Assembly: GCA_965285935.1 (NCBI GenBank)
Contig: OZ260662.1
Span: 75,702,001 to 75,766,000 of the forward strand
DNA: 64,000 nucleotides
Source of the DNA: Ophelia neglecta
Lineage: Eukaryota
Direction of reading: 5' to 3'
Positions 24,452 through 36,400 of this stretch are shown here, in pieces (positions within the stretch are counted from its first letter, which is position 1; the number at the start of each line of letters is the position of its first letter). The translations under genes were made by a program, and so were the position numbers. The notes beneath the pieces are model-generated. The model had not been told where the DNA came from. It ran no database searches and saw nothing but the letters and a program-made list of their open reading frames with translations.

Positions 24452-27400
24452 ATGCTGAATGAATACATCATGTGTTCAACACATTGGCCCAAGTTGCTGG
24501 ATATGAGTAGAGATGAATGCAAAAGAATGCTGCGCAGTTTGGAACTGGAGGCATACAGTTCCATGGTGACAGCCTTCCGGGCTCAGGGGGACCTGAACAA
24601 ACCTAAACAGAAACTACTCCAAGACCTACAGTCCACTCTGAGGTCGGTCAATGAGGATACTCCAATCTCTGATACTGATTGACCATTATAACCAGCACTT
24701 GTTTTGTACCAGGAATAATTGGAATTTCACGCGAATGTTTACTACAGCCATAATGAATGTTCACTCTATGTACAAAAATTAGAATCCTGAAAAACAATTT
24801 TAGGATATTCATGATTCTAGTTCCTGGCAAGTGATTATGGAATAATTTGAATCATATAACAAACATTCCAGTCTTTTTTGGTAAAATAACAGATGTTGGT
24901 TATGGCATAGAATCAAGCGTGAGGAAAAAATTCTTTGCAGTTTTCTTTGATAAGAATAAATTTGGAACATTCATGTGTACTCATGGCTTGGTGCAATATT
25001 TTGTTTTCCAGTATTTCAACTGAACGTCATAGAGCAGAAATTCGCCGAGCTACAAATGATGAGAAGTTGACTACCATTGCTGATAAGTAAGTGGATTAAA
25101 ACATTTAAGTAGTTGCCTAAGGGAAAAACAATAAAGTTGGCAGTATGATATTATCAGCAGTTTTACTTCATTGAAATGTTTTTTATATAAACAAATTTCC
25201 AAATTACAGCATTGCCGGGCCTGATGTGAGCTCCGAGTGGCTTATAGAGGGACGTAGACTGGTCCCTCTCATGCCTAGACTAGTACCCCAAACTGCCTTC
25301 ACTGTCACAGCCAATGATGCTGCTAAAGTACAGGCAGAAAGAAACTTTACCATGCCCAGCCCTTCTTACACAGCTAATCTTGATGGTGAGAAATTTGTTT
25401 AAGTTTTCATTACACATTTGTTGTTTCAAATTATTTTGGTGATTCTAACCTAATAATATAATTTGCTCTTTCAAGCTATTGTGTCTGCCACAGAACATGC
25501 TGGTACATCTACTGGAAGCAACAAAATGGGAAGGCCTTCCAGCCCCACTTCTAATGTTGTAGTTCTGCCCAGTGGCATGTCTATACATATCAAAGGTAGG
25601 TCACTATTTCTTTGGTTCCACTGCAACTTTTGGTATTAGTACCACAATGTAATGCAGTAGTGGTTGGAGCATATTTTAGTACGTAGATATATGTGCACCA
25701 AGTAATCGTTTTAAAAATATCCAGCAACTAGGCCAACGCTGTCGGGGGGCCGACAGCAAGGGGTATATCCGCGAATGCGTGCAATAATCGAATGGGGAAC
25801 ATGGCATAAGGCGAGGTAGAGAATATGGTAGTTTTTAGTTGGCACAAAAGATAACGACCGTAACTAATTTTTGTTCAGGTCATTAATAAAGTTAAACTAG
25901 TTACTAGTTACACAGTACTAGTTAACTTATTACACAGATTGTAGTAGGTTCTATTTGACCTCAATAATAATGCAGGTCATTCTTAAAGATGGTGTCATAT
26001 GACCTCAATAATAATGCAAAACGGCCCTAACTAATTTTTTTTCAGGTCATTAATAAAGTGAACTAGTGAACTTATTATGTAGGTTCCATAAGACCTCAAT
26101 AATAATGCAAAATGACCTTAACTAAATTTTTTTCAGGTCATTAATAAAGTTAACTAGTTAACTTATTACACACATTGTAGTAGGTTCCATATGACCTCAA
26201 TAATAATGAAAAACTGCCTAAACTAATTTTTTTTCAGGTCATTAATAAAGTTAACTAGTTCACTTATTACACAGTACTAGTTAACTTGTTACACAGATTG
26301 TAGTAGCTTCTATATAACCTCAATAATAAGGCAGGTCATTCTTAAAGATGGTGTCATATGACCTCAATAATAATGCAAAACGACCCTAACTAATTTTTTT
26401 TCAGGTCATTAATAAAGTTAACTAGTTAACTTATTACACAGATTGTATATAGTTATTACATGAATCATGACACAAAACTTCAAGCCAATATCATCTATAC
26501 TTCAAAATATATGATAGAAAATGTGTTTTTGACCTAATTAATTAATTATTTTAACTAATTAATAATTATCAGAAATTCACCAGAATAAATACAGGTCTTC
26601 CTCTCAATAAGGTCTATGGCTGTGTCAAATAAGAAAAAGATGTATCAAATATTTTTTGTGTTATTGCAGAAAATGCGTTTCCGACGTAATTAATTAATTG
26701 TTTTAACTAATTAATAATTATTGGATTTTCACCAGAATTTAATCAGTTCCTCCTCTCAATAAGGTCTATGGCTATGTTGAATTTGAAAAAGATGTACGAA
26801 ACGGTTTTTGAGTTATCGCGTTAACGACTAAAATCTGCGGCGGCGGCGGCGCTACTGAAAACATAATATCCGCATTTCGCGGATATAATAATATTATTTG
26901 TCCTGTTAGATAATTACTATAAGTAACATTTTTTTGCTGAAGGTGGATTAAACACGGATGAAGAGGATGTACACGGCAAGAGACGAAGGCGAAGCAGCTC
27001 TGCAGAAAGTATAGTCATGACGCGAACTAATCCTGTAATCACAACGGTGCAATCTGCTTCTAAAGTATCAGCCATAGCATCTGCATCAAATTCAATACAG
27101 GTAAGAACTATGAAGAAAATGTACTTTTCGAGTGGTTCATAAAGCACTTTCGGGACTTTATACCCAAAAAGGAAAAAAAATGATGAGTTTGCATCTTAGC
27201 AATGATCTGTGGATCATAAGCCAATAACCTAAGAAAGCTAAAGCAATGTGCTATAATGGATATTTTAAAATGACAGCTTCTGTTTTTTACAGGGAATCAC
27301 TCCAATGAAGATTACTGTGCCAAAATCTCCAGCCAAATCGCACACTACCACAGTCACTCCAGCACAAAAAGTCATCATCGTGTCGAGCTCAGCGTCAGCA

Positions 27401-30400
27401 GTCGCTGGATCTAATGTCATACACAAATCTGTACAAAGTAAGAGACGTGCATACTACTAGTCTGCATATATTTTCCAAGTATCCTAGTGTAATATTGACC
27501 AAGTATTTCAGTAGATATTGTGCCAGTCGTATCCTTCACAAATCTGTACAGTAAGTTTGATAACTGTTGGTGAAATTCACAAATGAAAGCTTGTTTAATT
27601 TCCAAATATTAGATTTGAGAAGTAACTACTACAAAGTGTAACTTACTCTGATATGGCTGACATTGGAGTTGGTAGCCTTTGTCAGCCATGTTGGTTCACT
27701 GGCCCGGAGTATCCTCTTTCATTGCCTCCGCAGTGGGGAAATAGACAGTTATTCAACATACCGTAAATGATGTAATAAAAGACTTGTATCTGATAAAAGT
27801 CACACCCTTCATTTTAGAATAAGTTGGGCCATAGTCATATAAAGGAGCGTTGTTATTCCATTATGAGATACACTCCCGAGTTTGATACAGAATTTCATTA
27901 TTTTATGTTGCTGAAAAATGCTAGACTTTTATTAGATCAAAGACGGTATTTGTTCTTGTTTAAACAGTTATTTGTATGTTTGTTTTGTTATTTGATGTTA
28001 ACTATAACTTACTTAACCCAGTTCCAGTAGTTAAGGCAGGGAGCACCACAACTGTGACCAGCACAACATTCTCTCAACCACGACCGTCTATAGTGCTACC
28101 CTCGAGCTCCAACATCAACATGGCCACTCACAATGGTAAAACAATGAATTAACCATATAAAAATAACTCCTTTATCTTGATGCTGCTCTTGGGCGCATGC
28201 TATGACAAGTTTTTACTGGTAATTTGATAGGGGGCACCATTTTCATTGAAATTGGGTTTCCCCACATAAAACTTTTCAGTGCTAGTATCATGCCTTGTCA
28301 TGCTGTAACAGGCATGTTTAACTGCAGAGAATAACTGTACCGCCTGCAGAGCTAACAGGAAGGTTATTTAGTTGTTAGCCATCTTTTAAGAGTTTTTTAT
28401 ATATATGGTGGGATGCTGTTGATCCTGTTGGTTGTGGATGATCAGTTGGCTTGGTAATGTTTCAGTGTCTGCCAATACAATGGCCACACCCGGTTCCTAT
28501 GTGACAACGACATACACCACTCCTAGACCCAGATTGAAACACATCACCACGACACGACAAAAAACTCCTCAGGTAACTTTATACAGCAGTTATATATTTA
28601 TAACAATATCGAATTAAGTTTCTCAAATTTTAGTTGTTTAAAGCAAAATGAAAAAAATGCTGAGGTTAAATGGTTGTCATTCAGTGTCTCCACCTAAACA
28701 CTTTCATGTAAATGATGTGGCAAAATTTTTTTCCAAATAGCTTTGGTTTTAAAGGAAATAGGAATTTGATGAACTTTTCAAAGCATATGTGTATGTCTCT
28801 GACCACTGAAGAGGACGAGGTACAATAAACAAGGAAGACCTTACCACTCAATTCTATATGCCTTGTTTAGTTGGAATAAATCTCTTAGGCAGAGAAGCAA
28901 TTTAAAAAAGTGATTACACCTGTACATGGCTACACAGCAGGATATTGGTGTCTTTGTTTGGTTCTGGGTTATGTCTTATACCTAACTTATTCCTTACCTG
29001 CAGCTGATTGGTGGACGTTCTGGTATAATCCTTCCAGTAGGCTCGTCCAATCAGGTCGGCACCCCCAGTATGCAGAACATACAGATCAGACCAGTGACAA
29101 AACCCACCATTCACATTAAACAGGAAGGAAGTAAGTTAACAACTCTTACCTTTATTAACATCAGAAATGATCAAATTATACTTAATGTTTCTATGGTAGA
29201 AGTTTGTTAATCTATTTGTGTAGTATATACTATATGTAGTCAGGACTCAATTATCATGTCATGCTTTCCTTTGTCAGGTATGAAAATAATCACTCAGGGT
29301 ATACCAGGTGGCACCAGTAAGATACTGCCCAAGCCTACAGGTGGTGCCCCGGTGGTAGTTGTAACCACTGTGCCCTCCTCTGTACATATTGCTAAAGGAC
29401 TCAGCACAACAGGTTAGTAATCTGGGACTATTCACACTAACAAGGCAAAAGTAATGTGGAGGTGTGTTCAGTCAGTTGTCTAACCATTTCATTGTTAAAG
29501 GAGAGAATAGTATTGATATATGAACAGTTTAGATAAACATGAAGTGAATGATGTATTCTAAAACTATATATTCTTCTCTGCCGGCCTGCAGGAAAAGTAC
29601 TGAATTTCTCCACGGCGGGTGGCCGACTGATCGCAACAGCCACCAGTCGAGGGACAGCAGCCAATGTGGTGACTGTCAACCCAAAGACGCTGCAGCTGAC
29701 GACTGTCCGCGGGGCCACCGGGGGCGCCACCATGTTGACCGGGAGTCGCATTGCCACGCCGACAGGTGCCAAACCCAATGTGATAGTGGTGCAGAAAGCC
29801 CAGCCCAAACGGTCCCAGACCCCCACCACACCCACCACTATACATATATCTAAATCATCAGCCTCCAGCAGCCCTTTTGAAAAGGTATCTTAATATGGGT
29901 ATTTCTAAGCAGTAACATAGTTTTACTCTTGATCATTCTGTGGCCAGCATTTGTTTAGTTGGTGGAGGGATGCAGGGTTTATTAAAGAAGAAAATAATGA
30001 TTTTATTCATTTTTTAATTTTTTTTAACTCAGTCTTGCCTAGTTTATCAAACCAAGTAGTCTTTGTTGCCACATAACTATATTTATGATTCTCCATTATG
30101 TTTAGGAACTGGTGAGCTTTATACAGAGACAAGACACCCTGCAGAAAGGTTCTCAACCTCAAAAGTTCAATATACAAAAAGGTGCTAACAAACCAACAGT
30201 AGAAGTGACAAAACGAGTAAGTCCTCAGAATTATTCTTTGATTATATTTTGCCTGCCATTAATGAAAAACCACAGCTGTCCCTCAAGGGGAAGTGAAATG
30301 ACTGGGCTTTGGAATACCAGTAACTGTAACAAACTTTCTTACAAAACAGCTTTGAATCAGTGTTCACTAGTGTTCATATAGTTGATCAGTTTCCTTACAT

Positions 30401-33400
30401 GTCCGGATTTAATTGTTTATAATTAAATCTTTTAATTTCAGCCAATAGTAGTCAGGCAGCATGCGACTGGCGAGTTGTCCATACACAGGTCATCTGCTGC
30501 GTATTCTGGGCAGGGTACGGTGGTGACCACCATGGGAGGGCGCTCCTCTCTGCTGGCCGAGCTGATACAGGCCGTGGGCATAGGTCCCGAGTCCATAGAC
30601 CAGGCCTCGGAGGAGGTGGTCATCACCGAAGACTCCCAGGCAGTGGCAGCAATCACTGGCGACCAGCCCTCTAAAGGTTAGTTCATTGTAATATCAACAA
30701 ACTAGCAACCAAAAGTTGTTTGTCATGATTTTTCTTAGGAAAAAGACAATAAGCTGGTAGGTAGCCACATGTTCAGGGTTTTATGTTTTGTAAATATTGA
30801 TAGTTAATGGTGTGTACCTGTTAGATGCTGGACCTAACCAGTGGGTAGAGTATGACATAGAGACAGCCCCTACAGAAGAGCTGATCTCTGGTCAGGAGGC
30901 TGCCGACTCTACAGATGACACGGCCATCAAGGCATTGCTAGACCTAGGGGCTAACTCCCAGAGTAAAGCCCAGCCCGCCCCTTCCACCTCGCTCAGTCTG
31001 GGGGCTGCAGGGGAACCTCAGCAGGACTTCCTCACTCTCGGTCAGTCAATACACTAACAGTATAGTTAGTATCAGACCTGAACACAAATATTTCTCAACA
31101 CATAAGAATACTGAAGTTCCCTTTGGTTTGTAAAATAGTGTATTTTAGATTTACAAACAATTCACCTGTAATCAATGTAGAATTGTTAATTATAATCAGA
31201 AAATAAAAATTGTTAATTATAATCAGAAAAAAAATTCCCTCTTTTCCAGAACAAGTGCAAAATATGATTGCAAATCAAACAGTTACTGTGCAGCCAGTCA
31301 ACAGTAGCCGGACGGTAAGTTAGATCCTTTCTCTAGATTCGCATGATTTAAAAGAAATCAATAATTATTTTTTGTCAGTAGTTCATTGCAATATTTGCGA
31401 CTTTTTAAATAATGTGTGTGTTGGTTATTGACAATAATATTGGTTTTAGTCGAGCGGACAGTTGGTGCGGCCCAGTAGCGGTGGGGTACATATCCAGATG
31501 GCTGGGAGCCAGGCCCTGGGTCAGCTGACCAGCCTGAGTCAGGAGGAGCTGGCTGAGCTGGACCCCCAGACAGGACTGTTCTACACCACCGCAATGGGCA
31601 CCATGGCCTCAGGGAATACCTCTCTCTCAGCCAGTACGGCCAGTCATGTCCATAACCTAAAACTGACTGATAACGGAGGCCCTGCCACCTCCAAACACAA
31701 TATCGACACTATCTCAGGGGCGGAGCTGGCAGACTCTGTGGCCAAGGCAGGGCTTGGCCAGAAGCAGATGGACTTCTTAACCAGTGCCCTGAATCAGGCT
31801 CAGATTGATCTCGACCCGTACCAGTTCATTGAGGAGGACGAGCCCTCGTTTCCAGCCAAGCTGGCCCAGCAGCAAAGCCTTGAGGGAGTATCGTCAGAAG
31901 TGATGGTGTCGAGCGAGAGCCAGGGACCACTGGTCAGCATCCTCAGTCCCCAGTCCTCGCTTCTCAGCTCAGTCACTCACACCTCAATACCAGCTACACA
32001 GGCAACTACTAACTCAATAGGTCAGTCTAAAACCTCCCACTAGCAACCTATCATCATATAACAGAATGCTAGACTGTGTTATTTTTGAGAAAATTAATCT
32101 GGATATGTACAAACAATTTTGATTAATGTTTGACAGTTGAAACATAATAATTTGACCCAGTGGGTGTAAATGTGAAAGAGCACTTTAGTAAAAGAAATGA
32201 TTTATCTCTTAATGCAAAAATCACTCAAAAGGAAAACCTGCTTGATTAATTATTGTTGATTTTTATTTTGCAGTGCTTTCTCGAGAAGAGACTCATGTTA
32301 CTGAAGATGTGTCATTCCCGCTACCAGAAGTATTACGAAGTCAGCCTGCAACATCAGGAATGATCAGAACTCAAGTAATCACCACCACATCACAGCCCTC
32401 CAACCCAGTCAGACCCAAGTCATTTATACCAATACAAGACGTCCTGCGGAAAGCTACAACAAACATCACCGTGGTCTCTCAGGTAATCACCAGCTTTACT
32501 TATGATAAGGATATCAGGTCCATAGCCAGCTATAAATTAGAAATGCTTTGATTTTTTCTATGTCATGTTAAAAGTGTACCTGCTAGAAGTGTGAAAGGGC
32601 ATACCCCCCCCCCCCCCCCCCAGTCAGAAAAGTTTGAAAAACTATTGTTTGTTGGCTGCTTGCCTGTATAAGATGGTTTCTTCTTTTTGCCCAGTTTCCT
32701 TTTGCCAACTTTTCCTTTTTAAGCCTTGATCAGAACATATTTTAGACTCTAATATGGTGGTTTAACTGCAGGCCTCTCCCAGCACTCCTACCAATGTGGC
32801 TGTGGCCGTGGAACCCACAGGGGCCACTGGCCTCGATGCCACTCACATGAAGATAGAGGACTTCACCAGCCAACTCTACAACGAGCAATCTGACGTGTCA
32901 GACCTGCAGCAGGAGGATACCAGTCCGTTTGGTAGCCCCACCTCCCTGTCGACGGGCACCAGTCTGTCCGACAGTCAGGACTCCCACTCAATGAGACTAG
33001 GTAAACGAAAACGGAAACCGCCGCCAACACCAGATGAGATTACCACACAGTCCTCAGTAGGAGGGTGGGTCAGGATCGCTCTGGGGTAAGAACAAGGCTA
33101 AACAGTACACTGTCATCAAATATCAAATGGTTGATCCATGAATGTGTGTCTCTATTATAGCATTAAACAACGTAATGACTGCTGAGTTTATAAATGCTTT
33201 TAATTTAGATTATTGCAACGGGTATGCCGATTCCGAGGCTCCTACAAAGAGAAGGGAGAGATGAACGCAGCATCCTGGTTCACCAGACCAGGTCAGTACC
33301 CAGTGTGCGAATTTAACGATAGACCGATAGACAATGTCTATAGAAAAAAGTTGTAAACAAAATTCATGTTTATTGTGCAGTAAACAAATATATATCCCGA

Positions 33401-36400
33401 CGTAACCTGTAAACTGCGGTAAAGTCTGTGTTAAGAAATATGCCATGATGCCAGAACCTATTTCCAGCAAACTAAGCGACATCTAAATGTGATAAATACG
33501 TATTTGAAACGACGCATTCAGTACTACTTCTCGTAGGTCCAGAACATCAAATGTTGCCGGCTAGTAGTGTGCGTTTGCGAAAGTTGTAAATTGGTTCGCG
33601 GTTTCCGGCGAAGTTTTGCTGATGTCATATCGCGTCGGCAGAAGAATGTCATTTTAAAGATATGTGAGTGTAGCAAAGCCGGGCCAGGCAGTGAAAAGTG
33701 AACAAATAAGTAATAGATAAAACTTTATTTTATTTATTGATTTTCACTGTTAAAAAGTCCATAATATTACTACGTTACAGCTTTTTACATGCCCACAGAA
33801 ATCAATCATATGCAGATTCGGTCTATGAACATGTGTAAAGGTCTATAAACTTTTCATTTTTCATAGACCACTTGTCTACAAAGATAATAAGTTAATGTCA
33901 CACACTGAGTACCATGGCATTAAACCACTCACCAGTTAAATTAAAAAGTCATGTCAGTAGTTGATGATGGCCGGGATGTTCTGATTGTTCTGCTTGAATT
34001 AAACTGTGTGCGTCTCATATCTGATACTATCGACTATTTCTGCTACTCTACATGCATGTATATATTCTTGTGCAGTTATAAATAAAATATAGTATTATAA
34101 GTATTATAACTTAAAACAAATCCTGTTCCTCCCTCACCTTCCGGATACTTCCTTCTAGGCTCACAGCCCATCAATATATGTTTGTCCAAAATGAGACTGG
34201 GATGCAGCGCTTTAAATTGTCATCTGTTTAACAATCCCTGCATTGCTAGTCCATTGTGTCATTGTGGTGAGGATAATGAGACACCCTGTCACTTAATTTT
34301 CACTGCAACCGCTTCGCGGTCTCCAGGGGCTCTATGCTGTACTTCCTTCACACAAATGATATATACGCCTCGGTCGTCCCTTTACTATTTGGTACCAACA
34401 ACGAAATCTTAAACTCCAATTTAATTCATGTTCTGGAATCCTATATAGGCAGCACTGGGCGGTTTTAGTGTCTTCATATTAAAATGGGGGGACACAACTC
34501 GTTAATATTAATCATTATTTTTTTTTTTTCATGTACTTTTTTTATATATATATTCCTTTTTTTTTATTCATTTAGTTCAAAAAACCATGTATATATGTTG
34601 ATGTTATTTATTCACCTTCACCTTAATGTTTTAAGTCTTATGTTGAGTGTTTTATTTATCTAAGTTGAAGTTTATACTTATTTATGATTAATGTGTTTAG
34701 CACCTGTTTATCAATCTTTTTATCTTTCTGTTTATCTATGTTATATCCATATGTTAATTTACTCAAAAATGTATTGAAAAAAGTAAGGAGAAGCCACTTG
34801 ATTAGCCCCGCGCTACTTGGACGATCCCAATAATAAAAATATGTTTAAACCAAGTATTATAACAACACTAAATATGAAAAAAGTTAATTTGCAGTTTACT
34901 GGCAGTTTTAGTGTAAATAATCTATTTTACCTTGAACAGTATAACTTTTATTACTAATCACATGTTGATAATTCATGTATTTGCACACCTCTTTTTCTCT
35001 CCTAGTGGACCCAAATGAAGTGCCTGATTACTATGAAATTATAAGAAATCCCATTGACTTTGGCACCATCAAAAAGAAGTTAGAGGTTAGTTATAATAAC
35101 TTTTCTATATATTAAGCAATAAAAGAAACCTACTGTGTTGTAAAAAGTAACTGGGGCACCAAAGAAATAAACTGAGCAGACAATAATTGTAATCTGAGTA
35201 CACTTACAAAATCAATACCCACCCATGGGCGGAGGTTTTCTAAGATCACGTCAGTAATCTGAGTACACAAAATCAACACCCACCCATGGGCGGAGGTTTT
35301 CTAAGATCACCTCAGTAATCTTAGTAAACTTAGTAAAAGAAAGTACCGTATTTGACCCTTTAGAAGCCGCACAAAATACGTTTTTCAGATCTTAAATTAG
35401 GGATAAAATTATGTCAAAGTTTGGGGTGCGTCCTATAACAGACTACAGGGTTGGAAAACTTCCAAAAATTTGAGCGAAGCTCTGTCAGCGGTGGGCGAAA
35501 ATAAAGGAAATTAAGGACAACCAATGCGACCACGCAAACGTTTTTAATACTTGCACAGCAAAACGTATTAAAATAAAAGCAACTCATTTATTTACCTTCC
35601 TATCATTGTGAACTGGTATATGTACTGTTTAATGATGCATAATTTAACGAAATTCGATGTGTAAGAATCACCGAACGCAGTACCATTATGTTTACAATAA
35701 ATTAGTGTCAGCACAGTCGCTAGAGGTCAGCACTATGATCACTGCTGAGATAGGTTGGGGAATCTCGATGAAGAGTGATTAGCGTTGAAACAGGCCTCGC
35801 TAATAAGCGGTAGGCCGAATTAATAATTGCTCTTAACCCTCAACGGATTTTAACACCTCACAAATGAGAGCCTAATCTAATTTTGAAGTTTAAAATTTCT
35901 GACATAAACAAGAGTACACAAATCCAACTTCAAAGGCGATATCCAAACCTGGATGAGCGGCAAACTCAGTGCATTCACAGGCGATGTGTAATTTACCGGG
36001 CTGTGGGCGAATGGATAGCAATTGAGGAAATACGCCAGTCGGGAACCATAGAGAACAGTTTCACAGTTTATCAGTCTTTGATGATTTATGGCCCCGACTT
36101 GGCTAAAATCAGGGATCGCATTTGGGGCGCCCCAAAGGTATTTGGGGCGGGACAGGTGCCCCAAACCTGCCTTAAAGGTATTTGGGGCAGGTTTGGGGCA
36201 GGTTTGGGGCGCCCAAAACTGTCCCAAACCTGCCCCAAAGCTAGTTTGGTATAACCGAAAATATATCAGTTAATATGATTTTTTAATTGCTTTTCAGGCT
36301 TGATGGTAAACATCAATTCAGTGTTGCTTTGTCCTTTGAAAACCTTAACAGGTTGAAAACCCAACAAAATGTAGCTTCACACATACTAGGTGTGGCTTCA

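Noticed and set aside
25860-26452. Regularly spaced repeats resembling a CRISPR array
   Set aside because: The intervening sequences are themselves repeated, the context is a eukaryotic intron, and there are no cas genes.
35877-36273. ORFs of 61-123 aa with repeated PKP/GAG motifs
   Set aside because: Translations of hAT subterminal repeats.
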